A stretch of DNA of 64,000 nt from Candidatus Poriferisocius sp. (GTDB lineage Bacteria; Actinomycetota; Acidimicrobiia; Acidimicrobiales; Bin134). The position numbers were made by a program, and so were the translations under genes. Location of the stretch: positions 1,555,177-1,619,176 of the forward strand of contig NZ_OZ242338.1 of NCBI RefSeq assembly GCF_965208475.1, read 5' to 3'. The notes beneath the pieces were generated by a model. The model made no database searches. It was not told where the DNA came from and saw only the letters and a program-made list of their open reading frames with translations. Shown here piece by piece: positions 37,926-48,072 of the stretch (its first letter is position 1; each line of letters opens with the position of its first letter).

Positions 37926-39370
37926 GGGCGCAGCCGATGCCCACTCGTCCGGGACACCGTCCCCCCATCTGGCACCGGGCGGGCTCCCGGGCCCGGCGGT
38001 TGGGTCTCCGCACCCGCATCATCTTGGCCTTCGTGTTCACCACCCTCTTGCTGTCGGCCCTGCTCAGCGTGACCGTGTTCGCGCTGACCCGCCAAAACCT
38101 GCTCAACGGGCGGGAGAACGACGCCTTGGCCACGGTGGGGTTCAACGCCTCCACGGTCAGCCGCCGCCTCAATCCCGACACAGAGTCGGAAGCCCTCCAG
38201 AACCTGATCAGCACGCTGGCCACACCGGAAGGCTCCCGCCCGGTTTTGCGGGTGGGCGGCGACTGGTTCCAGCAGTCCTTCGAGTTCGAATCAGGCGACA
38301 TAGACGAGCGACTGCGCCGCACGGTGGAAGGCGGGAGGCCGGCTCAGATGCGCTACCGGGTCAGGGGCAAGCCCTTCTTGGTGGTGGGCATCCCCATCCC
38401 CGACAGCAACGCCTCCTACTACGAGGCCACGCCGTTGGACGAGATCGAGGACACCCTGGGCTCGCTGGGAATCATTCTGGCCAGCGCCGGCGCGGGTGTG
38501 ACGCTGGCGTCGGCCGGGGTCGGCATCTGGGCCAGCCGCCGCCTGCTGCGCCCGCTGGTGAGCATCGGCGAAGCTGCCCAGTCGATCGCCCGCGGCGATC
38601 TCAGCACTCGTCTGGAGGCCGGGGCCGCCCGGGAGCTGGCCGCGCTCACCGACTCCTTCAACGAAATGGTGGGCGCCCTCCAGCACCGGATCGCCCAGGA
38701 CGAGCGGTTCGCCTCTGAAGTGAGCCACGAACTGAGGTCGCCCCTCATGACCCTTTCCGCCTCGGTGGAGGTCATGAACACCCGTCGGGCCGAGCTGCCC
38801 GAGCGGGCCCGGACCGCGCTGGACCTCTTGACCGAGGACGTCAGGCGATTCGAGCACCTCGTAGAGGATCTGCTGGAGATCTCCCGATTCGACGTGGGCA
38901 CCGCCGAGTTGCACCTCGACGTGTTCAATCTGCTTGAGTTCGTTGAGAACGCGGTGTCGGCCACCAGCCCGGTCGCCGTGCCCATCCTCTGCGATCCGGC
39001 CACCGCCCGAGTGCGGGTGCAAGCCGACAAGCGCCGGCTGATGCAAGTCATCGACAACCTCTTGAACAATGCTCAGAAGTACGCTCGAGGCGCCACCGGC
39101 ATCGTCCTGTGGCATTGGGGAAAGAACATCGAGATCGTGGTGGAGGACGCCGGGCCGGGCGTGGCCGCCGACGAGCGGGAACACATCTTCGACCGGTTCT
39201 CCCGGGGCCGAGAAGCCGGAGAGCGAGGGGCCAGCACTGGCGTGGGCTTGGGGCTGGCGCTGGTAGCCGAGCACGTGCGCCTCCACCAGGGTCGAGTCTG
39301 GTGTGAGAACCGGATCGACGGCCTCTCAGGCACCCGCTTCGTTGTCCACCTTCCCATCGCCGTCCTATGA
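37922..39370 (+). CDS. HAMP sensor histidine kinase (MtrB-like)
   Basis: Two TM, HAMP, VSHELRSPL, NLLNNAQKY, DAGPG, GLGL; start uncertain (GTG 37922 or ATG 37937). Confidence 0.93.
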   Translation: MRAQPMPTRPGHRPPIWHRAGSRARRLGLRTRIILAFVFTTLLLSALLSVTVFALTRQNLLNGRENDALATVGFNASTVSRRLNPDTESEALQNLISTLATPEGSRPVLRVGGDWFQQSFEFESGDIDERLRRTVEGGRPAQMRYRVRGKPFLVVGIPIPDSNASYYEATPLDEIEDTLGSLGIILASAGAGVTLASAGVGIWASRRLLRPLVSIGEAAQSIARGDLSTRLEAGAARELAALTDSFNEMVGALQHRIAQDERFASEVSHELRSPLMTLSASVEVMNTRRAELPERARTALDLLTEDVRRFEHLVEDLLEISRFDVGTAELHLDVFNLLEFVENAVSATSPVAVPILCDPATARVRVQADKRRLMQVIDNLLNNAQKYARGATGIVLWHWGKNIEIVVEDAGPGVAADEREHIFDRFSRGREAGERGASTGVGLGLALVAEHVRLHQGRVWCENRIDGLSGTRFVVHLPIAVL

Positions 39371-40167
39371 CCCGGCCAGCTTTGCCCCGCCGCCTGCTCG
39401 CGGGCCTGGCCGCGGCCGCTCTGGTGGCTGCCGCCTGCTCAGTGCCCGAGGACAGCCGTCCCCGTGCGCTGGACCTGTCCCGGCTCCCCGACAACCTGGT
39501 GGCCACCGCTGAGCCTCCCGAACCGACCCCCCTGGTCACCCAGGAGGTTTTCATCTATCTGATCGACGAGAACAACCTGCTGTGGGCCGCGAGACGCGAA
39601 GTGGCCAGCCCGGCCCGGCCCATCACAGTGCTGGAAGCCCTGTTCTCCGCGCCCAACGAAGCGGAGACCGAACAGGCCTTGTCCACCGCTCTGCCCGCCG
39701 ATGTCGAAGTGGTCTCCGTCGACGCCGACCAACCCAACGACCTCGTGACCGTGGCCCTGGAATCGGAGGTGTTCGAGGAGCGCCTCGAGGGCGAGAACCG
39801 CCAGCTAGCCGTGGCGCAGTTGGTGTTCACGTCCACCGAGACCACCGGGGCCACCCGCTTCTCATTGCTGCTGAACGGCAACCCCGTGCCGCTTCCCACC
39901 GACGACGGCGAGAGCGACGTTCCGGTGACGCGCGACGGCTTCCAGTCGGTCGACCCCGACTATCAGCCTGAGCCCACCCCCGAGCCACCCCCGAGCGCGG
40001 AGCCGGCCCCCGTCCCCGACACGCCGACACCGACACCAACACCGGTGCCCTCCCCCGAGCCGACTCCCGAGCCCACTCCAACCCCGGCCCCGATCCCCAC
40101 CCTGCCTCCCGGGTTCGAACTCGACTTCTCCGCCGCCGGCGACGACGGGGCGAATAGCGACGGCTAG
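39367..40167 (+). CDS. GerMN-domain lipoprotein with Pro/Thr-rich tail
   Basis: Lipobox AAAC, LSTALP, LAVAQLVFT; follows the RR-HK pair as LpqB follows MtrAB. Confidence 0.78.
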   Translation: MTRPALPRRLLAGLAAAALVAAACSVPEDSRPRALDLSRLPDNLVATAEPPEPTPLVTQEVFIYLIDENNLLWAARREVASPARPITVLEALFSAPNEAETEQALSTALPADVEVVSVDADQPNDLVTVALESEVFEERLEGENRQLAVAQLVFTSTETTGATRFSLLLNGNPVPLPTDDGESDVPVTRDGFQSVDPDYQPEPTPEPPPSAEPAPVPDTPTPTPTPVPSPEPTPEPTPTPAPIPTLPPGFELDFSAAGDDGANSDG

Positions 40168-40210
40168 CAGGACGCCATGGCCGATTGGCAGACGGACCGC
40201 TCCAGGGGAT

Positions 40211-41242
40211 CTAGGGAAAGAAGGCCTTGGCCACCTGGTAGAGGTCGGGGCTGACCGGTTTCAGCTCGGCCACCGCATCGGCCAACCGCACCCGGGCGAT
40301 CTCCCCGCCGCGGAGGGCCACCATCGACCCCCAATCGCCGTCGTGGACGGCGTCGATGGCCGCAATTCCATACCGCGAGCACAGCACCCGGTCCAGCGAG
40401 GAAGGGGTGCCGCCCCGCTGAACGTGGCCCAACACCGTTACCCGAGTGTCGAAACCGGTGCGGCCCTCGATCTCGGCCGCCACCACCTGGCCCACTCCCC
40501 CCAGCCGGGCATGGCCGTACTGGTCGATCTCCGGCTCGGGCATCTCCAGGGTCCCCTCTATGGGCCGGGCACCCTCGGCCACCACCACGATCGACGCCCA
40601 TCGACCCCGCCGGTGGCGCCGGATGATGGCCTCGGCCACCGCTTCGATGTCGAAGGGCTCCTCGGGAATCAGGGTGAGCGTGGCCCCTCCGGCAATGCCC
40701 GCCCAGGTGGCGATGTGCCCCACGTTGCGCCCCATCACCTCCACCACCATCACCCGATCATGCGACTCGGCCGTGGTGTGCAGCCGGTCGATGGCCGCGG
40801 TGGCCACCCCAACGGCGGTGTCGAAACCGAAGGTGAGCTCGGTGAGGCCGATGTCGTTGTCGATGGTCTTGGGCACACCCACCACGTTGGCCGCTCCCGC
40901 TTCTTGCACCCCGACGCCCGCCGACAGCGTGCCCTCACCCCCGATGACGATCAGGGCGTCGGTATCCGTCGCCTCCATGGTCGAGCGCACCCGCTCGATC
41001 CCGTCGTCGAGCATCCGGGGGGACATCCGAGAGGTGCCCAGAACGGTTCCGCCCCGGGGCAGGGAGCCTCGCATCTTTTCCACGTCCAAGTCGATGAACT
41101 CCCCCTCCAGCACCCCCCGCCACCCGTCCATAAAGCCGAGCACGGTGTCGCCGTAGTGGCGCTCGCCCTTGCGCACGATGGCCCGGATCACCGCATTCAG
41201 CCCAGGGCAGTCGCCGCCTCCGGTCAGCACCCCTACTCTCAT
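40211..41242 (-). CDS. pfkA: ATP-dependent 6-phosphofructokinase
   Basis: TGGGDCPGLN, GGEGT, PKTIDND, EVMGR, LGHVQRGG. Confidence 0.94.
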   Translation of the reverse strand: MRVGVLTGGGDCPGLNAVIRAIVRKGERHYGDTVLGFMDGWRGVLEGEFIDLDVEKMRGSLPRGGTVLGTSRMSPRMLDDGIERVRSTMEATDTDALIVIGGEGTLSAGVGVQEAGAANVVGVPKTIDNDIGLTELTFGFDTAVGVATAAIDRLHTTAESHDRVMVVEVMGRNVGHIATWAGIAGGATLTLIPEEPFDIEAVAEAIIRRHRRGRWASIVVVAEGARPIEGTLEMPEPEIDQYGHARLGGVGQVVAAEIEGRTGFDTRVTVLGHVQRGGTPSSLDRVLCSRYGIAAIDAVHDGDWGSMVALRGGEIARVRLADAVAELKPVSPDLYQVAKAFFP

Positions 41243-41248
41243 GGAGGG

Positions 41249-42424
41249 CTAACCCAGCTTGGTCAGAGATTGGCGAAGCTGGCGGACGGCCTGCGCGGTG
41301 CGCTGCTCGTTCTCGATCAGGGCGAACCGCACATGCCCCTCTCCGCCGGGACCGAAGCCCACGCCGGGCGAAACCGCCACTCGGGCATCCCTAACCAGCC
41401 ACGAGGCGAACTCCACCGACCCCATCTCCCGATAGGGCTCGGGGATCTTTGCCCACACGAACATGGTCCCCCTCGGCGGCGCCACTTCCCAGCCCAGGCG
41501 GTTCAGCCCCAAGCACAGGGCATCTCGGCGGCTCTGGTATATGTCGCACACCGCTTTGGGGTGGCCGGGGGCCTCGTTCAGGGTAACCGTTGCCGCGATC
41601 TGAATGGGCTGGAACGTGCCGTAGTCCAGATACGACTTGAGCTTGGCCAGCGCCGCCACCACCTGGGGGTTTCCCACCATGAACGCCACCCGCCAACCGG
41701 CCATGGAGAACGACTTGGTCATGGAGTAGAGCTCCACCGCAACGTCTTTGGCCCCTTCCACCTGCATGATGGACGGGGGCAGGTAGCCGTCGTATCCCAG
41801 GTCGGCGTAGGCGAAATCGTGGACCAGCAGCACATCGTGCTCTTTGGCGAAGGCCACCACTCCGGCCATGAACTCCAAGTCCACACACGTGGTGGTGGGG
41901 TTGTGGGGGAACGACAGCACGATGATGCGCGGCTTGGGCCACGAGTACCGCCAGCGCTCCTGCATGGTCCCGAAGAAATCGGTTCCCGTGCTCAGCGGGA
42001 TCTCACGCACCTCGGCGCCGGCGAACAGCGGGGCGTACAGGTGGATCGGATAGGACGGCGACGGGACCAGGGCCGCGTCCCCCGGCTGGAGCAGAGTCCA
42101 CATGAGGTGGGAGAAACCCTCTTTGGCCCCGATGGTGTTGATCACCTCGGTATCGGGATCGAGATACACCCCGAATCGCCGGGCATAGTAGCCGGCGACT
42201 GCCTCGCGCAGCTTGGGAATGCCCTTGCTGGCCGAATAGCGGTGGTTGCGGGGGTTGCCGGCCGCTTCGGCCAGCTTTTCCACCGCGATATCCGGCGACG
42301 GGAGGTCGGGATTGCCAAACCCCAGGTCGATGATGTCGTGGCCGGCGCGGCGGCCCTCCACCTTCAGATCATTGATGATGGTGAAGACATAGGGGGGCAG
42401 GTTGTTGATCCGACGGAACTCCAC
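41249..42424 (-). CDS. Class I/II PLP aminotransferase (AlaC/YfdZ-like)
   Basis: [39 protein letters not shown]. Confidence 0.88.
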   Translation of the reverse strand: MEFRRINNLPPYVFTIINDLKVEGRRAGHDIIDLGFGNPDLPSPDIAVEKLAEAAGNPRNHRYSASKGIPKLREAVAGYYARRFGVYLDPDTEVINTIGAKEGFSHLMWTLLQPGDAALVPSPSYPIHLYAPLFAGAEVREIPLSTGTDFFGTMQERWRYSWPKPRIIVLSFPHNPTTTCVDLEFMAGVVAFAKEHDVLLVHDFAYADLGYDGYLPPSIMQVEGAKDVAVELYSMTKSFSMAGWRVAFMVGNPQVVAALAKLKSYLDYGTFQPIQIAATVTLNEAPGHPKAVCDIYQSRRDALCLGLNRLGWEVAPPRGTMFVWAKIPEPYREMGSVEFASWLVRDARVAVSPGVGFGPGGEGHVRFALIENEQRTAQAVRQLRQSLTKLG

Positions 42425-42453
42425 AACACCAATCTACTTTCCGAGACGCTGAT

Positions 42454-42915
42454 CTACTGCGGTTTCCCGACACCGGATTCGGCCCGGCGGCGAAGGTTGT
42501 CCAGGGCGGTTCGCATGACCCGGGCCTCGGCTCTTCGCTTCACGAAACCAGGAAGGGGCATCACCATCTGGACGGCCAGGTGGTAGGTGACCTCGGTGCG
42601 ATCCGGCTCGCCGGGCACCGGGTTGAAGCAGTATTCCCCGTCGAGGCGCCGGGTCAGGTCGCCCTGCACCAGCCGCCAGGACACCCGCAGCGGGTTGGAT
42701 CCGTAGTAGTACTCCAGCAGGTAGTTGGTGCTGCGGCCCATGGCCGCGGCCCGAAACGACACCAAACCGCCCCGGCCGTCGTCATCCCGCCGGACCACCT
42801 CCACATTCTTCACCTCGGTGGCCCATTGGGGGTAGGACTCGAAATCGCACACCACCTCGAAACACCGCTGGGGCGATGCCTCGATGGAAATGCTCTTGGT
42901 GGCCTGGTCAAACAT
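42454..42915 (-). CDS. SRPBCC/polyketide cyclase family protein
   Basis: DFESYPQW..EVK, LPGFVKRRAE typical of the actinobacterial SRPBCC family. Confidence 0.85.
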   Translation of the reverse strand: MFDQATKSISIEASPQRCFEVVCDFESYPQWATEVKNVEVVRRDDDGRGGLVSFRAAAMGRSTNYLLEYYYGSNPLRVSWRLVQGDLTRRLDGEYCFNPVPGEPDRTEVTYHLAVQMVMPLPGFVKRRAEARVMRTALDNLRRRAESGVGKPQ

Positions 42916-43414
42916 CGTCACCGTTCCTGCTGGGGTAGCCGCACTCTGAGGTTGTGCTGTCGGAGGGCCGTGGCGGGAAGGTTCCGTGCCTGGCCCCCCA
43001 GGCGCCCGACAAGCCCAGCGCATACACAGGCACCAGGATACCGAACGCGGCGGCGGTGAACGGGCGAACTGAGGCGGCGGCCAGCGCCACGGCCGCCTCG
43101 CAGGCCAGCGCGGCCATCATCGAGAGCCGCACCGAGCGGGGGGCGCAGCCAGCCAGGAAATACAGACCACCCACGCCTATCAGCTCGTAGCGGCTGCGGC
43201 CCAGGGCCCGTTGGTAGGCCCAGAGCATGGCCGCGCACCCGGCGGCCAGCAATCCGAGCGACACCACCGCCATGGGAACGGCCATCGGGTCGGGAGACAC
43301 GGTGGCGGCGGCGGCCGTCGCGGTGAACGCACCGGTGCCTGTCCAGCACGCTCGAATGAGGCCCCGGCCCTCGACTCCCGAAGGAACCAGGCGTCCGGGC
43401 AAACCGGTGGACAT
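42908..43414 (-). CDS. Hypothetical membrane protein
   Basis: Four hydrophobic segments, GLYFL, AFGILVP, ARHGTFPPR; co-oriented with neighbours. Confidence 0.65.
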   Translation of the reverse strand: MSTGLPGRLVPSGVEGRGLIRACWTGTGAFTATAAAATVSPDPMAVPMAVVSLGLLAAGCAAMLWAYQRALGRSRYELIGVGGLYFLAGCAPRSVRLSMMAALACEAAVALAAASVRPFTAAAFGILVPVYALGLSGAWGARHGTFPPRPSDSTTSECGYPSRNGDDV

Positions 43415-43415
43415 C

Positions 43416-43508
43416 GCTCACCCTGCCCGACAGTCGCCCATTGCCAGCTCACCCTGCCCGACAGTCGCCCATCGCCAGCTCACCCTGCCCCACAGTCGCC
43501 CATCGCCA
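43416..43508 (+). repeat. 31-bp tandem repeat x3
   Basis: GCTCACCCTGCCCSACAGTCGCCCATYGCCA at 43416, 43447, 43478, filling the whole intergenic gap. Confidence 0.92.
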
Positions 43509-44651
43509 TCAGCGGTGCCTTCCGCGGACGATGACCTCGGCGATCACGGTGCGAAGCCGCTCGGCCATGTGGTCGTAGGAGAACTCGGCCACCGCCCTCA
43601 GCCGGCTGTCCAGCCCCATCTGCTGGAGGCGAACCCGGTCCGACAGAAGGGCGTCCAGGGAGGCGATCACGCCATCGCGATGGCTGGGCCGGTCCACCAC
43701 CAGGCCGGTCCTTCCGTGTTCCACCGCCTCGGCTGCCCCCCCGCTGTCTCCGGCCAACTGCGGCACTCCTGCGGCGGCCGCCTCCAAGAACACGATGCCG
43801 AAGCCCTCCTGCTCCAAGCCCCCCCAGCGCTGGCGGCACATCATGGCAAACACGTCGGCGCAGCCATAGAGGTCGGGCAGATCTGAGTCGGCCACCCGGT
43901 CGAGAAGGCGGGCAGGGGCGCCGGTGCGGCCTATGAGGCGGTCCAGCCGAGCCCGGTCGCGCCCCGCCCCGGCCACCGCCAGGGTGAGCCCCGGATGCCG
44001 GTCGGCCAGGCGGGCCGCCGCCGCGATCAGCACATCCATGCCCTTGCGAGGCACCAGGCGGCTGATCGACACCACGACCGGGGCGTAGGCGGGCAGCCCG
44101 AACCGATGGCGGGCTTCTCGCCGCTGGACGGCATCGAGGGGCTTGAAGCGCTCGATGTCCACGCCGGGGGGCACGATGACTGCGGGCAGCGGCCCGCCCG
44201 CGGCCCTTTCGGCCTCGACCACCGAATACCGGCCGGCGGTGACAACCACCTGCGCGCCGCGCAGCACTTGGGCCAAGAGCTGCCTGGTGCCGGGCAGCCG
44301 CCCTGGGACGGTCACCTCGGCACCGTGGAGAATCACGCCGTAGGGGTGGGGCAGGCGCGGGGCCAGCGCTCCCAGGGGAACAGCGGGGTCGTAGAGAACC
44401 AGCTCCGCTCCGATTTCAGCCACCAGCTTTGTGATCTCCTCAGCCATCTCCCGAGTGGGGAGAAGGAACTGGCGGGGAGAGCGCACTATCTGGTGGTCCT
44501 GCCGGGCATCCCATTCGGCGTCTCCGGGATGGGAGCGGGTCAGCACGCAGAACTCGTCGGGCGGCAGTCGGCGCCACAGCTCCCACAGGTAGTTCTGAAT
44601 GCCCCCGAGCTTGGGGGGATAGTCGTTGGTGACCAGCAAGTGTCGGGCCAT
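43509..44651 (-). CDS. GT4 glycosyltransferase (PimB'-like)
   Basis: LVTNDYPPKLGGIQ, HGAE, SRLVPRKG, EGFGIVFLEA. Confidence 0.9.
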   Translation of the reverse strand: MARHLLVTNDYPPKLGGIQNYLWELWRRLPPDEFCVLTRSHPGDAEWDARQDHQIVRSPRQFLLPTREMAEEITKLVAEIGAELVLYDPAVPLGALAPRLPHPYGVILHGAEVTVPGRLPGTRQLLAQVLRGAQVVVTAGRYSVVEAERAAGGPLPAVIVPPGVDIERFKPLDAVQRREARHRFGLPAYAPVVVSISRLVPRKGMDVLIAAAARLADRHPGLTLAVAGAGRDRARLDRLIGRTGAPARLLDRVADSDLPDLYGCADVFAMMCRQRWGGLEQEGFGIVFLEAAAAGVPQLAGDSGGAAEAVEHGRTGLVVDRPSHRDGVIASLDALLSDRVRLQQMGLDSRLRAVAEFSYDHMAERLRTVIAEVIVRGRHR

Positions 44652-44654
44652 TGG

Positions 44655-45686
44655 TCAAACCGGCGCCGCTGCGCCCACGCCGAGGCGGCGGGCGGCCCAA
44701 TCTGCGTGGCGCACCAGCATGGGGTCGGGATCCGACAGATAGCGGCCCACGGTTTCAACCACCTCGGGGTCGGCCCCCCGCCCAGAGTTGCCCAAAGCGA
44801 CCAAAGCGTTGCGCCGCACGTAGCGGGGCTCGCGTCGGGGTATGTACCAACGGCCGTAGCGGGCCATCAGCTCATCGTCTTCCAACCCCAGCAGCTCAAC
44901 CAGGTCCACCCACGCAGTGTCGTCGCCGACATCGCGAGCCGACGGCGTCTGCCGGTTGGGCGGGCACACTTCTTGGCAGTCGTCGCAGCCGTAGATCCGG
45001 TCGCCCAGGGCCTTGCGGAACTCGAGGGGGAAGTCCCCCTCGGCCTGCACCAGCCACGCCAGGCAGCGCCGGGAGTCAACGACGCCGGGGGCCACAATCG
45101 CCCCGGTCGGACAGCCGTCCAAACATCGCCGGCACGGCCCGCACTGATCGGGGACCGGCGTCGACGGATCAAGCACCGCGGTGGTGATGACCGAGCCCAG
45201 CACGAACCAGCTTCCATGCCCGGGCAACAAGATGTTGCTGTTCTTGCCGTACCATCCCAGCCCAGCCCGCCGAGCCGCCTCCCGATCCACCAAGGCGTTG
45301 TCGTCGGCCGCCACCGAAGCCTTGTGCCCAACACCGCGCAGCATCTCGGCTATGTGGCCCAGGGAGGCTCGCAGCTTGGCGTAGTGGTCGCTTCGGGCGT
45401 AGGCGGCCACCCGCCCCGCGGCCCGATCCGGCACCTCTGGGGTCGAACGCCGATACCCCTTGGCTCCCACTACCAAAGAGCGGGCACCGGGCACGGTCCG
45501 GGAGGGGTCGGTGGAACGGTCGGGGTTGCGATAGGTGAAGGCCATGCCTCCGTGCAGGCCCTGTTCCCGCCGCTCCAACAGCGCGACTCGGGTGGACTCG
45601 AACGGCTCGGCTGAGGCCACTCCAACGGCGTCGAGGCCCGCAGCCAAACCGGCTGCGATCACCTCATCGGCGTCGAGGGTGCTCAC
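44655..45686 (-). CDS. queG: tRNA epoxyqueuosine reductase
   Basis: VAAYARSDHY, GLGWYGKN, CGPCRRCLDGCPTGA, YGCDDCQEVCP, RRNALVALGN. Confidence 0.92.
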   Translation of the reverse strand: MSTLDADEVIAAGLAAGLDAVGVASAEPFESTRVALLERREQGLHGGMAFTYRNPDRSTDPSRTVPGARSLVVGAKGYRRSTPEVPDRAAGRVAAYARSDHYAKLRASLGHIAEMLRGVGHKASVAADDNALVDREAARRAGLGWYGKNSNILLPGHGSWFVLGSVITTAVLDPSTPVPDQCGPCRRCLDGCPTGAIVAPGVVDSRRCLAWLVQAEGDFPLEFRKALGDRIYGCDDCQEVCPPNRQTPSARDVGDDTAWVDLVELLGLEDDELMARYGRWYIPRREPRYVRRNALVALGNSGRGADPEVVETVGRYLSDPDPMLVRHADWAARRLGVGAAAPV

Positions 45687-46978
45687 TGGCCCACGAATCC
45701 CAGGAAGCCGTCCTCGATCTCCATTTCAATTCCCATCAACATGAGCAGATTGCTGGGCTGCACCAGATTGGCCCCTAATTCCCGGGCGCTCTCTCGAACC
45801 CGGTTGTCGTGGGAGACCACCACTAGCGGCTGCCAGAACGGATAGTCGCGACACCACTTGATGATGACGTCGTCGGCCTCCACTCCCGGCTCTGAGAAAT
45901 GGACTTTCGGCCCCAGCGAGCGAGCGGTGGTGGAGATGTAGTCGTAGTCGGTCTGGGTGCCGTCGAACACCACCACGATCTCGGCCTCAGGGTATCGGGC
46001 GCTCAATTCGTCGAGCTTTTGCAACAACCGCACCCGCTGCTCCCGCACCGGCATCTCCTGCCAGTTCTTGAAGGTCACGTTGTAACCGTCCACCAACATC
46101 ACCACTTTGGGCGTCCGCAGCAGATGCTCGGCGGCCTCCACAGCCTCTTTGAGCACACCGGGAGGCAACGAGACCGGCGTCCGGCGGGTAAGCGGAGGCG
46201 GAGACTCGGCCTCGGCCTCGGCCGGGGGCTCGAACCCGGCCGCGCGGGCCAGCGCCAGCTCGCCCTCCGCGCCGGCCAGCCGCTGCTTGAGGCTGTCAAC
46301 TTCGGCCCGGTGCTGCTCCCGGGCGCCCCGCAGCTCCTTCTTGAGCCGGTCGATCTGGGCCTGCGAACTCCTGAGCCTGGCCTCGGTGCGGGCCTCCGTG
46401 CGCTCCGCACGCTCCAAGGACTTGTGGGCATCGTCCCGCTCGGCCCGCATCCGGCTCATCTGTTCGGCCAGTTCTTTCGCCTTGTCGGCGGCCCGGCGGG
46501 CTTCGGTGCGAGCCTGGGTCGCTCCAGTTCGCGCCGCGTCGCGGTCGCGGTCGGACTTCTCCCGCTGACGCTCGGCCTTCTTCCGAGCGGATTCGGCCCG
46601 TTGCAGCTTCTGTTCAAGCGCCTGGGTGCTCTGGGCATCCGCGACCTGCTCCGACTCCTGTTCCGCAGCGGCGGCCAGTTCTGCGCACTCCTGCTCCCAG
46701 CCGTCCGGGCGGGCCAGCCACAGCCACCCGGCCCGGCCCGTCTTCTCCTCGTCGACGGCCTCTGCCATCCGCCTTCGGAACTCCTCGTCGCTCTCCACCA
46801 CTTGGCGCACTTGGCCCAAAGCCCGCTCCGAGAACTTCTTGAATGTCAGGAGCTGCTTCAACCGCGTCGGCGGGTCCACCGGAGGCTTCTCCTTCTGCTG
46901 TTCCCGAGCCGCCTCCACTACGGCAATCAGTGCTTCCTTCAGCGCTTCACTTGTAGGACTATCTCCCGTTTCCATCAT
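45683..46978 (-). CDS. Coiled-coil protein with C-terminal NYN (YacP-like) RNase domain
   Basis: Long charged helix, then LVDGYNV, VVFDG, ADDVI, VVSHD. Confidence 0.82.
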   Translation of the reverse strand: MMETGDSPTSEALKEALIAVVEAAREQQKEKPPVDPPTRLKQLLTFKKFSERALGQVRQVVESDEEFRRRMAEAVDEEKTGRAGWLWLARPDGWEQECAELAAAAEQESEQVADAQSTQALEQKLQRAESARKKAERQREKSDRDRDAARTGATQARTEARRAADKAKELAEQMSRMRAERDDAHKSLERAERTEARTEARLRSSQAQIDRLKKELRGAREQHRAEVDSLKQRLAGAEGELALARAAGFEPPAEAEAESPPPLTRRTPVSLPPGVLKEAVEAAEHLLRTPKVVMLVDGYNVTFKNWQEMPVREQRVRLLQKLDELSARYPEAEIVVVFDGTQTDYDYISTTARSLGPKVHFSEPGVEADDVIIKWCRDYPFWQPLVVVSHDNRVRESARELGANLVQPSNLLMLMGIEMEIEDGFLGFVGQ

Positions 46979-48027
46979 TCTTCCTCCTCGGTGCGGGCTC
47001 TGTTGGAGGCTAATACGAAGTTCTCAAGAACCCGCTTGGCCGAGCCGCGGTCGATAGATGCCGCGGCTGCCTCCAGCCCTTCTGGCAATGTGTCGGACAC
47101 CTCGGCCACCACCAGGGCCGCAGCCGCATTGAGCGCCACGATATCCCGGTGCGCTCCCCCACCGCCGTCGAACACCCGGCGCAGGCAGTCGGCATTGACC
47201 GTGGCATCCCCTCCCCTCAGGTCATGTAGGGATGCCGGCGCCAAACCGAGCTCTGCTGGATCTACTGTGTGGCGGAGCGCATCGCCGTCGCGCAGCTCCC
47301 AAACATCGGTCGGGCCAGTGGTCGACAGCTCGTCCAAACCGTCGTGGCTGTGTACGACCATGGCCCGCTCCGAACCGGTGGCGGCCAGCACCTCCAGCAT
47401 GATCTCAGCCATGGCCCGGTCGCTGGTTCCCACCAACTGGCGCCTGACCCCGGCCGGATTGGCCAGCGGTCCCAGAAAATTGAACACCGTGCCCACCCCC
47501 AATTCCCGGCGGGGCGGGCCGGCGTGGCGCATGGCCGGGTGGAATCGAGGCGCCAAGCAGAAACCGAAGCCGGTTTCAGCCACGCACCGGGCCACTCCGA
47601 CCGGGCCGAGGTCGATGACCGCGCCTAGTTCCTCCAGCACATCGGCCGACCCGCACAGCGACGAGGCCGAACGGTTGCCGTGCTTGCACACTCTGGCCCC
47701 CGCGCCGACGGCTACCAGCGCCGCGGCGGTGGACACATTTATGCTGCCGCTGTTGTCGCCGCCGGTCCCGCAGGTATCGATGAGGCCGGCGGGGTTCAAC
47801 GGGACTGATTCCGACGCCGCCCTCATGGCCGACAGCAACCCCACAAGCTCTTCCGCGGTCTCTCCCTTGGTACGCAGGCCAATGGCGAATCCCCCCATCT
47901 GCGCCGGTGTCGCCATCCCGCCCAGAATCTCGGTCATGGCCGCGTGGGCCACCTCCTCGACGAGATGCTCACCCCTCGTCAGCCGCCGGAATATCCCAGC
48001 CCACCCCCCGTGCTCATCGAGGCTCAT
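46975..48027 (-). CDS. trpD: Anthranilate phosphoribosyltransferase
   Basis: DTCGTGGD, NVST, KHGNRSASS, GSADVLE, FNFLGPL.NP, DGLDE. Confidence 0.95.
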   Translation of the reverse strand: MSLDEHGGWAGIFRRLTRGEHLVEEVAHAAMTEILGGMATPAQMGGFAIGLRTKGETAEELVGLLSAMRAASESVPLNPAGLIDTCGTGGDNSGSINVSTAAALVAVGAGARVCKHGNRSASSLCGSADVLEELGAVIDLGPVGVARCVAETGFGFCLAPRFHPAMRHAGPPRRELGVGTVFNFLGPLANPAGVRRQLVGTSDRAMAEIMLEVLAATGSERAMVVHSHDGLDELSTTGPTDVWELRDGDALRHTVDPAELGLAPASLHDLRGGDATVNADCLRRVFDGGGGAHRDIVALNAAAALVVAEVSDTLPEGLEAAAASIDRGSAKRVLENFVLASNRARTEEEE

Positions 48028-48072
48028 TGTCTTAGTGTGGACCATCATCGCCGCCCTGCCACAATCTCTTTC

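Noticed and set aside
37245-40167. RR-HK-GerMN triad as novel; Pro/Thr repeats at 39960-40110 as a DNA repeat element
   Set aside because: Matches the known MtrAB-LpqB-like organisation, and the repeats are a low-complexity protein linker.
43416-43508. Mini CRISPR array
   Set aside because: Contiguous 31-bp units without spacers.
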